From a virus: DNA of 43,685 nt. Position 1 is the stretch's first letter, and the number at the start of each line of letters is the position of its first letter. The translations under genes and the position numbers were made by a program. Below, one piece after another: positions 22,851-33,100 of this stretch. The notes beneath the pieces are model-generated. The model did not search any database and was not told the DNA's origin. It saw nothing but the letters and a program-made list of their open reading frames with translations. The DNA lies in the IMG/VR virus record IMGVR_UViG_3300045988_135432, positions 1 to 43,685 of that record. One strand, 5' to 3'.

Positions 22851-23186
22851 TCAGCTCTCACTTTCCTGCTTAAACTGGTTGAAAAGCTCCCAGACAGTCG
22901 AATCGATCAGAGCCTGCATGGTGTCGGCGTCGAAGGTTACGCCGCGAGCCTCGAGAAATGTCTTCGCGTACTGATACTTCGCCTTTTTGTCGATCAGCCC
23001 GGAACGCTCCGCTTCCTCAGCCGCCTGAACCGCGAGTTCTACCCAGCGGATGATTTTCTTCTGGTCACTCTCCGCAACCTTCGCCGCGAGAAGTGCCTTG
23101 ATCTTCGGGATCAGGAAAATCGTGATCAGGGTGAAGATCAGCTTCACCGTCAGCTCCAGTATCGGCGTTATATCCATCTTGTTCAT
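22851..23186 (-). CDS. Holin (LL-H / superfamily-6-like)
   Basis: N-terminal TM (ITPILELTVKLIFTLITIFLIP), then a helical charged domain. Next to the endolysin. Confidence 0.7.
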   Translation of the reverse strand: MNKMDITPILELTVKLIFTLITIFLIPKIKALLAAKVAESDQKKIIRWVELAVQAAEEAERSGLIDKKAKYQYAKTFLEARGVTFDADTMQALIDSTVWELFNQFKQESES

Positions 23187-23394
23187 GTTCGATATATCCT
23201 TTCTTGCTTACCTCTTTGTTTTCGGTGATTTTAATGACGCTCCCCAGCGCGAGTTCCACAGCCCCGACGATCCCGCCGACCGAAAAAGCGGCGGTCAGGT
23301 CGGTGCCGGTGAGGGCTTGCAGGACGGCGATAAACGGCAGGTAAATTGCGAGGTAAATTAAAACCGCGAGAATCAGCCGTTTTAAGTACCTCAT
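23065..23394 (-). CDS. Two-TM membrane protein, ATGA-coupled to the endolysin (3' extent uncertain; overlaps the holin start)
   Basis: MRYLKRLILAVLIYLAIYLPFIAVLQALTG...FSVGGIVGAVELALGSVI. The start overlaps the endolysin stop. Confidence 0.5.
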   Translation of the reverse strand: MRYLKRLILAVLIYLAIYLPFIAVLQALTGTDLTAAFSVGGIVGAVELALGSVIKITENKEVSKKGYIEHEQDGYNADTGADGEADLHPDHDFPDPEDQGTSRGEGCGE

Positions 23395-24191
23395 ATCGCC
23401 ACCCAGCTCACGATCTCTTTGAGCAGCACCGCGCCGGGCTTCGTCTGCCAGACGGTGTAAGTCTTCCCGACGAGCCGTGCGGGGACTTTCCGTCCTGTCG
23501 TGTAAAGGTCGCCGGGCTTGATCGTGTACTCGTCGCCGACTTTGTAGGTTTTTTTCGGCGCGAGGGGCTTTATCCCGTAGCCGTAGTCGATGTCCACATA
23601 CCCGACGGCTTTCGGCATTTTGCTCATGCCAAACTGCCAGATCATAGCGTTCTGAAACGCGGGCGGAAGGTCGGTCGGCAGGACGGTGTCGAAAGTCGCC
23701 TTGCCGTCCTTGCTTTTGTAGGACGCGATCCACAGCGCGTACTTCGACAGTCTGTCGGAGTTGAGCTTGTACAGCCAGTAGTCGGGATTCGTGTAAACTC
23801 CGGCTTTATACCCGCGCTTCGTCATTTCGGCACAAAATGTATCGATTATGTCCGTCCGGAGCTTTGGATTGTACGCTACTTTGTGCTTTTCGGCGTACCG
23901 CTCCGTGTCGTACTCAAAATCATAAAATACTGGCAGATCGAGCTGATGCCCGCGCAGTGTCTCCGCGCATACCTCGGCTTCCCGTCGCGCGTCGGCGACG
24001 TCGAGCGCATAGCAGAACCAGTACACGCCGACCAACATTCCGCAGTCTTGCGCCGCTTTTATGTAGGCTTCGAACTTCGCGTCGATGACCGTTCCGTACC
24101 CGGCGCGGATGACGCAGAACTCCACACCCTGTGACTTTATCGCGGGGAAAGACCGGATCGTGTTATGCCGGGAGATATCGATGCCTTTCAT
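23391..24191 (-). CDS. Endolysin: GH25 muramidase with a C-terminal SH3-like binding domain
   Basis: MKGIDISRHN...GVEFCVIRAGYG...GVYWFCYA GH25 pattern. C-terminal KVGDEYTIKPGDLYTTGRKVP. Confidence 0.88.
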   Translation of the reverse strand: MKGIDISRHNTIRSFPAIKSQGVEFCVIRAGYGTVIDAKFEAYIKAAQDCGMLVGVYWFCYALDVADARREAEVCAETLRGHQLDLPVFYDFEYDTERYAEKHKVAYNPKLRTDIIDTFCAEMTKRGYKAGVYTNPDYWLYKLNSDRLSKYALWIASYKSKDGKATFDTVLPTDLPPAFQNAMIWQFGMSKMPKAVGYVDIDYGYGIKPLAPKKTYKVGDEYTIKPGDLYTTGRKVPARLVGKTYTVWQTKPGAVLLKEIVSWVAI

Positions 24192-24502
24192 TCTCTCGCC
24201 TCCGTAGGTAGCTCCATGACCTCATTATATAGTCGCGTCGCGACGTCGTTGCCCTGAAGATCATGGTAAGCGTGATAAGCCCGCTTGAGGGCTTCCTTCG
24301 CATAGATCGGGCAGAACCCCCTGTCCATGCACTTTTCGTGGCTCCTTATTATTTCAGCCCGCAGTAAGCACTGTACTCCCTCGCCTATAGCGTCGATCCG
24401 CCTTTTCAGCGTCTTGATATATGCGACGATGCCGGTGATGACGCCGCCGCAGATAAACGGTATAGCCCATGCGAGGATTTTTTCGACGATGATCCGATTC
24501 AA
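24188..24502 (-). CDS. Single-TM membrane protein upstream of the endolysin (holin/lysis-accessory candidate)
   Basis: TTG start 7 nt after AGGAGG, with a TTGA overlap to the upstream stop. TM segment ILAWAIPFICGGVITGIVAYI. Confidence 0.6.
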   Translation of the reverse strand: MNRIIVEKILAWAIPFICGGVITGIVAYIKTLKRRIDAIGEGVQCLLRAEIIRSHEKCMDRGFCPIYAKEALKRAYHAYHDLQGNDVATRLYNEVMELPTEARE

Positions 24503-24927
24503 GCGGTTACCTCCTGCCACAGCGCGGCGGTTCCGACGGCTCCCGGCTCCCAGACGTTGTTGTCGACCAGAGATACCCAGACTTTCCCGTTGTGCTTCAC
24601 CTTGTCGCCTTTCATATACGGATTCGTCGAGTCTGGCTGTTCCCACTCGGGGACGACCGACGGATCGGGAATCAGTACCTTCGCGAAGAGCGACGGCGCA
24701 GCGGTCGGCTTCCATCCCGCCTGAGAGGTGTGGGCTTGAAGCACGGTGTAAAGCACCCCGTCGTACTGCACACGCTGTCCTTTCGCATACGCGACGCTGT
24801 CCCCGCTCCACTTCGGATACAGACAGGTCGCGGCGACGGCTTCCGCCTCGGTCAGGCTCACCGTTTCAGTCATCGCTTTCTCGATCAGCGGGCGGAGAGT
24901 CCGCGCGAGTTCGATCAGTGTCATCAT
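24499..24927 (-). CDS. Carbohydrate-binding (CBM5/12-like) protein with two W/Y-rich repeats
   Basis: YPKWSGDSVAYAKGQRVQYDGVLYTVLQAHTSQAGWKP and NPYMKGDKVKHNGKVWVSLVDNNVWEPG. Confidence 0.6.
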   Translation of the reverse strand: MMTLIELARTLRPLIEKAMTETVSLTEAEAVAATCLYPKWSGDSVAYAKGQRVQYDGVLYTVLQAHTSQAGWKPTAAPSLFAKVLIPDPSVVPEWEQPDSTNPYMKGDKVKHNGKVWVSLVDNNVWEPGAVGTAALWQEVTA

Positions 24928-25277
24928 TCTACCCCCAGTAAAATTTTCGCCGCGGCGAGCTGCTCCTCGAGGCTCGCGACCTTCGCGGCGAGTTCGGAGA
25001 CGTCGCCGGATTGCGTCGGCGGTTTCGGCTTCTCACCGTCCGCCGGATAAAATGTCCCGGTCGCGTCGTCATACAGCCAGCCCTCCGGCGGTGTGGGCTT
25101 GATGAAGCGAGCGTCGCCCTCGGCTGTTGGGTCGTAGCCCCAGCCCTCGAAGACATTATCCGGCGCTTCGACGAAGAGGACGTCCGGAGGGTATTTGCCT
25201 ACGGTGTCGGCGAGTGTCGGGTGCACCGGCGTCGCGTCGTAGTGACAGAGATTTTCGACTATCTGAAAGATTTTCAT
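24924..25277 (-). CDS. Tail-fibre-associated hypothetical protein (117 aa)
   Basis: Position between the fibre genes and the lysis genes. Confidence 0.55.
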   Translation of the reverse strand: MKIFQIVENLCHYDATPVHPTLADTVGKYPPDVLFVEAPDNVFEGWGYDPTAEGDARFIKPTPPEGWLYDDATGTFYPADGEKPKPPTQSGDVSELAAKVASLEEQLAAAKILLGVE

Positions 25278-25279
25278 GA

Positions 25280-26485
25280 CTATGCCTCCATGATGTATGT
25301 GACTATTACGATGCCGTTTCCACCCTTACCGACAGTTGGATTGCTGCTCGGCATATACGCTACGCCACCGCCGCCAGCGGCAATGCCGCCGTTGCCACCG
25401 TTGGCGCTGCTCCCGGTGCTCGTGTTGCCGCCGTTGCCGCCGTTGCCGTTGGCGCCGTAACCTCCGCCGCCTCCGCCGCCCGCGCCGTTGCCGCTGCTGT
25501 TACCGCCACTACCACCGTTTCCGCCATATCCGCCGCCAGCTCCGCCGCCAGCTTTTTGCCCTGTTCCCGCTATTCCCGCGGCGCCATCACCACCGGCAGC
25601 CGCGACGCCGGGCTCTCCATTGGCGGCGGCGCTATTAGATCTGCCACCTTTTCCGCCGTCGCCGCCGTATGATCCGGTTCCACCGTTGCCACCGTTGGCG
25701 CCGGGACCTCCGCCGCCGGATCCTCCGTTGCCGCCGCTGAAGTTTGTGCCGCCGTTGCCACCGTTGGCAGACAGCAACGTGCCAAAGGATGATGCTCCAC
25801 CGTTGCCGCCATCGGACGTTGCGCCCACTCCGACCGTTATTTGATAAATCGCCCCCGGGACGACTTCCAATGTCTTCGACTTCATATGACCGCCGCCGCC
25901 GCCACCACCGCCGCCGCCATCACTGCGGTATCCGCCTGCTCCACCAGCGCCGAACACTTGCACGTGGATCGACGTCACGCCCGCCGGGCACGTCCATGTG
26001 CCAGAACTGGTGAAGATTTCTGTGACCGTCTTCATCGTTTTGCTGACGACCACATAGCCGTCAAGCGCCGCTGAGTAAATGAGCACAAGCCAGACACCGG
26101 CTCGCACCGACCCTGAAAACGTTTCGCCGGAAGGAACAATGATGTTTTTCGCGCCAGTCCCGTTGATATTAAGTGTCGCTCCCGCGCCGATGTCATGCGC
26201 CGAGGTTTTAATTCGCACCTCCGCTCCATCTGTTAGCACAAAACCGTCCTGCGCGAGAGTCAGCGCGGAAGTCGTTCCGCCCGCCGTCCCCGATGCCGCG
26301 AGAATTTCGTCGAGGAGCTGTTTGTTAATTGCTGTGCCTTCATTCACTACAGTGTTTTTTAGTTCCAGCGCGACGTTTTCCGCGACTTTCGTCCCATCCG
26401 GGCGTTTGATGTCATACCGTGGTATCACCGTCGCGTCTGACGCCGCCGCTTTCGCGAGCACCTCATCTTGTCTTTTTATCGCCAT
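25280..26485 (-). CDS. Glycine-rich tail fibre protein
   Basis: The C-terminal ~200 aa consist of GGNGG/GGxGG repeats ending in IVIVTY. Confidence 0.75.
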   Translation of the reverse strand: MAIKRQDEVLAKAAASDATVIPRYDIKRPDGTKVAENVALELKNTVVNEGTAINKQLLDEILAASGTAGGTTSALTLAQDGFVLTDGAEVRIKTSAHDIGAGATLNINGTGAKNIIVPSGETFSGSVRAGVWLVLIYSAALDGYVVVSKTMKTVTEIFTSSGTWTCPAGVTSIHVQVFGAGGAGGYRSDGGGGGGGGGGHMKSKTLEVVPGAIYQITVGVGATSDGGNGGASSFGTLLSANGGNGGTNFSGGNGGSGGGGPGANGGNGGTGSYGGDGGKGGRSNSAAANGEPGVAAAGGDGAAGIAGTGQKAGGGAGGGYGGNGGSGGNSSGNGAGGGGGGGYGANGNGGNGGNTSTGSSANGGNGGIAAGGGGVAYMPSSNPTVGKGGNGIVIVTYIMEA

Positions 26486-26486
26486 T

Positions 26487-28169
26487 TCATATGCTCCTTA
26501 TCATCTGTCTGATATAATTTCCACCCGCCGAAAACGTTCCGGCTTGTCGGTATATGGATTTCATGCCGTCGAGCAGCAAATCGATATCCGCGAGCACCTT
26601 CTCGATGGTATTCGCCCCGGTGTATTTTAGCTTGTCCTCCGGCGCGGGAAGCGCTCCTGTCTCCGCCAGCGTATAGTACGCGTCCCGGAGTCGCTGCACA
26701 TTGTCGAGGTACGTCGTCCACTGCGGTCTGTACAGCACGTCGCCTTCCTGCCACTCGCGGTCTTCCGCCTTGCCGACCTCCGCACCGGCGGTAAAGCCGA
26801 CGATATCCGCCCCGGCGGTAAATGTGCCGCTCCCGGCGTTTGTGTAAAAAGCCCCGTTCACAGTGTCATACAGCCCGAGCGTGCCGGAGCTGTTTCGCGC
26901 GGGGACGAAATTTCTGACGAGTGTGCCGTTGTTATAAATCTGTGACGCGTAAATCTTCTCCGCATACGCTCTGACCGGCGAGTAATCGAAGCCGAAAAGG
27001 TACAGCGACGCCGATGCCGTGATTGCTTCGGTCGTGATGGATGTATCAACCGAGCCGGAGACAGTGAATTTTTTCGCGGGAATATCAAGGACATAAGTCT
27101 GCTTCCCAGACGTGGTATCGATATTGGTATTGTGGTCTGTAGTTCCACAGCCGTAATAGTATTTTCCGTTATACGTGCCCATGTAAAAATAGGCGTTCGA
27201 CACGTTCGAGCCGTCGACGAGCCATCCCGACTGCCCTTGCCCCTGCCCGATTTTTTCACACGTCACGGCAAATTTCAGTTGGCTGTAGTTCGACGGAGTG
27301 ACATCGATACCGGTGTCAATATACTGTAGACCGTTGGATTGCAGGTACTCGACCGGGGTATATCCTGCCGGTAATGCAGATGCTGTCGGTGTCGTGTAAA
27401 ACTTCCCGCCGACAAGATCATAGAGCCCGACAGTTCCAGCAGGGTTTTTGCACGGGACGAAATCCCGCACAGTGTTCGAGCCTTTTTTGATCTTAAAATA
27501 CCGCAGCTTCGCCTGTCCGCCATACGGGCGCATTGCGCCGGTGTTTCTCCGGATGCCGAATATCAGCATAGAGACGTTTTGCGGCGTGCCGGTCGACGCA
27601 GTGTGTGACACGCCGTTGACGGTGAGTTTGGCCGTCGTCCCGGTGATTTCTTCCGCAAGTTCTATGCTGTTTGCCGCCGTGAAGCCGATCTCGGTGTAGT
27701 TGTACTCGAGCATATTGTTCTTATAAATGCCGTTGTAGCTGAGATTGCTGTTATTTTGCTGAGAGCCGAGGAGATAGTCCGACGCGACGGTGTCCACATC
27801 AAAGTGACAGCTGACCGCCATGTCCGCGGTTTCGGTAACGCCGGAATCAATATACTGCGTCCCCGAACTCTGAATCCACTCCACTTCCGTGTACCCCGTC
27901 GGCACCCTCGAGCTTCCTTTAAGCACCGGCGTCACTTCCACCGGATACCCCGCCGACGTCAGCGCGGCGGCGAGGAGTTTGACCGCGGATTCGACGCGGT
28001 TGAGGGTGTTGTAGGTGAGGGCTCCGCGCTCTAACTGTGCCCTTTCGGCGTCTGTCAGCCCCGACCAGTTGCCGAGGGTCTGGTAGGATTTCCGTATCGT
28101 GGCGGAGGCGGTTTTGTCGCTTTCCGTGCGGTCATAGATTAAATTGAGGTTCGCTGTATCAAGGCTCAT
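26487..28169 (-). CDS. Tail fibre / receptor-binding protein with an internally duplicated module
   Basis: Duplicated GYT(E/P)VE(W/Y)(I/L)QS.G.QYID(S/T)G and VR(D/N)FVP..N..GT.GLYD.V.G.FYT segments. Confidence 0.75.
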   Translation of the reverse strand: MSLDTANLNLIYDRTESDKTASATIRKSYQTLGNWSGLTDAERAQLERGALTYNTLNRVESAVKLLAAALTSAGYPVEVTPVLKGSSRVPTGYTEVEWIQSSGTQYIDSGVTETADMAVSCHFDVDTVASDYLLGSQQNNSNLSYNGIYKNNMLEYNYTEIGFTAANSIELAEEITGTTAKLTVNGVSHTASTGTPQNVSMLIFGIRRNTGAMRPYGGQAKLRYFKIKKGSNTVRDFVPCKNPAGTVGLYDLVGGKFYTTPTASALPAGYTPVEYLQSNGLQYIDTGIDVTPSNYSQLKFAVTCEKIGQGQGQSGWLVDGSNVSNAYFYMGTYNGKYYYGCGTTDHNTNIDTTSGKQTYVLDIPAKKFTVSGSVDTSITTEAITASASLYLFGFDYSPVRAYAEKIYASQIYNNGTLVRNFVPARNSSGTLGLYDTVNGAFYTNAGSGTFTAGADIVGFTAGAEVGKAEDREWQEGDVLYRPQWTTYLDNVQRLRDAYYTLAETGALPAPEDKLKYTGANTIEKVLADIDLLLDGMKSIYRQAGTFSAGGNYIRQMIRSI

Positions 28170-29773
28170 TTGATGGTCACCTCCGCGACTTGTGCGGTTC
28201 CGGAGACGGTGTGTTTCATGCTGACGATGCGTCCGGTCACGTCGTCCATGTAGTCGTATTCCTGCGTCACTTTGTCGCCGACTTTGAGATTGCCGGTGAG
28301 TATCTTTTCAGATATTTCGCGGCGGGCGGAGTAGTAGTTGTACGCCGCTGTGGCGAGTTCGTCGGCGTTTGTCCGGTTCACGAGGGTGAAGTCTTTGAGT
28401 TCGACTACGTTCTCTTTGTCCCCGGCGAGGATGAGCGGATTCCGCTTCGTGATGATGGTTTGGGTTTTGTCGTATTTCTTGCCGGTCAGGACGCAGTTCG
28501 CGTTCGCGTTGATGACGGCTTGATTGACAGTCCGGGAGACTATCGTGCCGTTCGTGATGGACAGGGAGTGGAGCGGCTCGGGGAAGGCTACGGTGATGCC
28601 GGTTCCGGTTCCGCTGTCCGCCGCTTTGTACGCGGTATAGTCGGTTGTACCGGCGACGTAGGAGTACGCGGTGAGCCGCAGTTCGGTGAGCTTGTCGCGA
28701 AAGGTGGTCGTCTGCCCGGTGAAGGTGTTCGAGGCGTTCAGCGTGCCAGCGATGGTGTCGGACAGCTTGTACAGCTTCACTTTGTCGGAGTAGCTGGTGT
28801 CGACAACCGCGCCGAGAGCGAAGGCGATCTGATTGAGAGCTTCGCGGCAGGAGGATATCGCGAGGTATCCGGTGAGTGTCGCGTTTTGCAGACTGCCCGC
28901 GATTTCGTATTCCACCTTGAGCGGCGAGAGCATTTCGCCGATGAGCGCCGCCGCGTTCTTCGCGGAGTAGATACCGCCGCCGAACGGGGAGTCGTCGAGG
29001 ATTGACACGTAGTCTTCCGACTCGATATCGTATGTCCTGTCGGAATTCCGCTCGTAGTGCGTGATGAACGTGGTCTGCACGAGCGTGTCGTCGAAGTATG
29101 TGTAAACGGGCTGCTTTTCCTGGAAGATGAAGTCGACGTCGCTCTGCTTTTTGAGAGTGAAGCCCACGGTGTTGATCGAGACTGTTTCGGATACCGGCTC
29201 GATTTCCTGTAGCAGGGAGAAGTTTTCGATTTCGTCTTTCCCGAAGTTGCGGACGGTGCCGTAGAGGATATCCGTGAGATACAGCCGATTGCGCGGCATA
29301 TTCATGGCCGTGAAGCTGATTATCAGCTTGTTGTAGTTTTCGATTTTGTTCGCGCAGAAGAAATTCGGCCTGTCCGGCGTGAAGTTCTTGTCCGACAGAA
29401 GGGTGCTGTCGCGATACCATTTGATGTTGACCGCCGTCGCGTACCGGTTGGAGGTCTCATCGAAGACAAGCGTGATGCCTTGCGATGTGTACTGCCCGGT
29501 CGCGGTGAGCGTGAGGACGAGCGGAGTTTCGAAGCTGCCGTCGGTCGCGCTCGACAGACTGTCCGACACGAGGGCGTATTTCGGATCGTCCGGCGGAACG
29601 GTGAGAGAGCCGTCGAGGAGGACGGAGTATATCTCGCACGGGTTCGCGTACATCGGGGTCTGCTGTCCTTGCAGCAGTGCCGGAGTTGAGTTGTTGGTCT
29701 GCCCGGTCGCCGATGGGGCGAAGTTTTCTTTCGCCCCGACAGCGACGTCGGCGTAGGATACCCGGAGCTTCAT
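28166..29773 (-). CDS. Tail tip / baseplate-hub-like protein (535 aa)
   Basis: ATGA-coupled, with SD AAAGGAG. Position after the distal tail protein. Confidence 0.65.
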   Translation of the reverse strand: MKLRVSYADVAVGAKENFAPSATGQTNNSTPALLQGQQTPMYANPCEIYSVLLDGSLTVPPDDPKYALVSDSLSSATDGSFETPLVLTLTATGQYTSQGITLVFDETSNRYATAVNIKWYRDSTLLSDKNFTPDRPNFFCANKIENYNKLIISFTAMNMPRNRLYLTDILYGTVRNFGKDEIENFSLLQEIEPVSETVSINTVGFTLKKQSDVDFIFQEKQPVYTYFDDTLVQTTFITHYERNSDRTYDIESEDYVSILDDSPFGGGIYSAKNAAALIGEMLSPLKVEYEIAGSLQNATLTGYLAISSCREALNQIAFALGAVVDTSYSDKVKLYKLSDTIAGTLNASNTFTGQTTTFRDKLTELRLTAYSYVAGTTDYTAYKAADSGTGTGITVAFPEPLHSLSITNGTIVSRTVNQAVINANANCVLTGKKYDKTQTIITKRNPLILAGDKENVVELKDFTLVNRTNADELATAAYNYYSARREISEKILTGNLKVGDKVTQEYDYMDDVTGRIVSMKHTVSGTAQVAEVTIK

Positions 29774-30153
29774 GACGCGCTCCTTTGCGGCTCCATCGCG
29801 ATAAAGTCGAAGGAGAGGTTGCCCCAATACCGGTCCGTCTCGGAGTACTGGCGGAGGAGATTGTCGCTACCGCGCGAGACATACGCCTTGAATGAGAGCG
29901 ATTCGTTACCGAACGGGACGACGATATCGTGACTTGTGACCGGCGCGGAAATCGTCTTATAGAGGGCGTTGTATTCGCTCTGAGACATTCGGTCAGTGTT
30001 GATTGAAATGCTATAGTTGTAGTAAGTTCCGATGAGATCGCGGTGCATAACGCCGTCGAGTGTGCGCCCGGCGTTGTCGCCATCAACTACCTCGAAATTA
30101 CGGGTGAGCGCGGTAACGATAGCGCCGTATTCGGTTCCGTCAACTTTAACCAT
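29770..30153 (-). CDS. Distal tail protein-like (127 aa)
   Basis: Immediately follows the tape measure gene. Confidence 0.6.
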   Translation of the reverse strand: MVKVDGTEYGAIVTALTRNFEVVDGDNAGRTLDGVMHRDLIGTYYNYSISINTDRMSQSEYNALYKTISAPVTSHDIVVPFGNESLSFKAYVSRGSDNLLRQYSETDRYWGNLSFDFIAMEPQRSAS

Positions 30154-33100
30154 TACCGCGTCCCTCCGTTCGTGAATGTGATTTTGGTGTTCGCGCCGGA
30201 GCGTCTCTTCTCGGAGTCTATGGCGTCTCCGAAGGCGCGTCCGACGACTTGCTTGTCGAGGATGAGTTCTATCTTTCCGCCGCGCCCTGAGCCGCGCTGT
30301 GCGGCTGTCATCGCGCGGTAGACGGCGTTCTCGATGCCTTCGATGATCTGCGCGTTGTTCGCGACAGCCGTCCGCCCGTTCGAGAACCGTCCGACGAGCT
30401 CGCCGGAGTTCGCATAGAACATTCCGTCCTCGGGGAATCCGCCGGTCGCGAAGGCGGGAATCATGCGCGGCGTCTTGCCAATGATGGATTTCGCGGCGTT
30501 TCCGCCGTTAAATGACACCGATGAGAGCGTCTGATTCAGCTGATTGACGAAGGCTCTCGCCGACGCGAGCATACCGTTCGCGAAAGACGAGAAGTCGATG
30601 CGGATGGACGTCCAGACGTTTCCGAAAGCGTCCGTGACATTCGGGAGACCGAGCGTGACACCGTTCGCGAATCCAATGTCAACGTTGATGCCGTAGCCCT
30701 CAAAGACGGTCGACGGGGAGTGTATGCCGAGATCATCGGTGAAGAGCTGCATTGTCATCCGGCTGAGTTCCTGCATAGCTTTTGCGGCGTCTTGTGAGCC
30801 CTCAGACGTTCCGTTCGCGAATCCCTTCGCGACGTTTTTGCCCGCCGAAGTGCCCTTCTGGTTCAGCTCGTCCCCGACCTTATCCATCATATCATAGAGC
30901 GGCTTGTAAACGTCGCTGTTCGCGACATCGTTGATCCCGTTTTTGATGGTTTTTGTCGTGTTATTGACGATTGATTGTGAACTCTGGTTGGCAATCGTAG
31001 AGCTTGTATAGAATTGCCGATTGAGATTGTCAAGTTCGGAAGAAGTTGATTGGACGTTCTGCTTCGTGGCGGCGGTTACTTCGTTCAGCTTCGCGGCGAG
31101 TCTCGGGTCACCGAAAGTAGAAATGACTTTGAAAGTATTCTCGTCGATGCCGAACTGCGCTTTGAAGTCGAATGAGCCGAGGTCAACCGCCTTGTCGATT
31201 GTGTCTTTGAGGCTGTCTGTGACGCTCTTGATGCTGTGCCCGAGCGCTTCGGAAACCGCCTCAAACGCTTTCCGGCATTCGTCGGGGAATACCACGGCAC
31301 CGATTGTTGCGCCTATGATGATGGAGAGCGCACCGGCGAACAGTCCCACTGTACCTGCGGTTGCGGCGCCAGCTCCGAGTCTCGTTGCGACCTTCACGCC
31401 GGTGAGGGATGCCGCCGCGGTCGTGAGGAGCGCCCCTATACCGAGCTTTATCGCCCCGGCGAGGTCGTCCGCGCCGGTGTCGTTTCCGAGTTCGAATATC
31501 CCGGTCGCCGACATTGTGAGACCGGCAAGCCCGAGCGTGAGCGGAAGTCCGCCCGCCTTGAATCCTTTCGGACCGAGGGTAAACAGGGATATGGCGGCAC
31601 CACCGAGCAGAGCCGTTATTCCGGTTTTTGCGACGCCGAGAAGAGTCTGACCGCCAGTGGCACTCGGCGATCCGCCGATTGTTTCCGCCGCGATTGACAG
31701 AGCGGCGATGCTGAGAAGAAGATTCGGGATGGAGCCGCCGAATCCGTTGGCGCGCGAGAACAGGCTGATTGCTTTGAGACCGAGAAGTGTGCCGATTCCG
31801 ACGCCGAGGACTTTCCACAGGTCGGCTTTTCCGCTCGTTGTGCCGAGCGCGGTTCCTCCGAAGTCGAGGTCTATCCCGGCGACCTTGAATACCGCGGTTT
31901 TGAAGAAATCCCAGATTTTCTGGGGCACTTTCCATTTCAAGAGTGCTGCCGCAATCTCAGACGCGCCTTCGCTGATGCCCGAGAAATATTCCCAGACGTT
32001 CTTCGCCCACTCCTCAACGCCCTTGCCGTTCGTGAGCCATTTCTCAATCTGCGCCGCGATCTTGTCGGTCGCTTCGCCGAGATTCTTCGAGAACATATCG
32101 TCCTCGATCTTCGCGAGCCGGTTCAGCTCTGCTTCGAGCTTTGCGAGGTCGGCGGCGCTCATGCCGGTTCCGGACGAGGAGCTGTTCTGTGAGCCGAGAA
32201 TGTTCAGCTCATCGAAGGAGAGCTGATAGAGCTTTTTCATGCTCTTAGCGGCGTCATCGGCGGAGTCGGCGACGCCTTCGTTGCCTTTGATTACAGAATC
32301 GGCGTAGTCGAATTTCGGCAGTTCAAATCCCGCGAGGGCTGCGAACGCCGAGACGATGCGCTGTCCGACTTTGACGAACGCGATCATGTACGGGAGCGTC
32401 TTCTGCACGAGCGGCAGGAAGAGGTCACCGATAGCGCGTTCGAGAAGCGTCAGCTGCGCTTTGAGGATTCTGAACTGGTTCGCGGGCTGCTCGAGCGTTC
32501 TCGCCATGTCGCCCATGGCGGAGTTTGACTGTCTCAGCAGTGAGATCGTCCGGAGCATTGCCTTTTCGGACTGGTTCATTGCGTCGACGTTCGCGGTGAT
32601 GCCGAGTTCGGTCGCGAGGAGTTTGAGGTTCGCGACGGACAGGTCCTTACCGAGCGCGCGGATTGGCTCAATCTCGCCGACCAGAGCCGACCGGACCTTG
32701 TTCAGTGACTCGTCAACTTTGAGATTGTAGAGCGATGATATATCGTAAGTAAGCTGCGTCAGCGCTTTCGACATGGTATACGCCGTGCCGCTCGCCGTGC
32801 CGAAAGATTTCGAAACGTCCATGAAGGTAGCTTGCATCTTCATGAATTCGGCGGGGTCGACGCCGTAGCTGTCGCCGACGAGGTTAGCATAGTCCTGTGC
32901 CTTTTCGGCGTAGCTGCCCGTTGAGACGTAGAACAGGTTCAGGGCTTCGATGTACTCGTTGGCGGATTCAAGAGAATCCGTAGCTTTCAGCCAGACTTTT
33001 TTGATTGTGGCAATCGAAAATAGCTGTTTTGCAAAGTTCGTCAGCCCGGACGAGCTCTTTTTACTGCCCTTTGATATGGTCTCAAAGAATTTCTGCCATG

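Noticed and set aside
25336-25844. Pro/Arg-rich plus-strand ORFs opposite the glycine-rich fibre gene
   Set aside because: They are mirror translations of GGN-repeat DNA (GGC/GCC read as Pro/Ala/Arg) and are not independent genes.
26487-28169. Diversity-generating retroelement acting on the duplicated fibre module
   Set aside because: There is no reverse transcriptase ORF anywhere in the window. The two copies are in-gene direct duplications, not a non-coding template/variable repeat pair with adenine-specific differences.
31000-31030. Promoter-like TTGACA-17-TATACA on the minus strand inside the tape measure gene
   Set aside because: It lies inside a long coding region, has an imperfect -10 and no associated start. 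It may be fortuitous.
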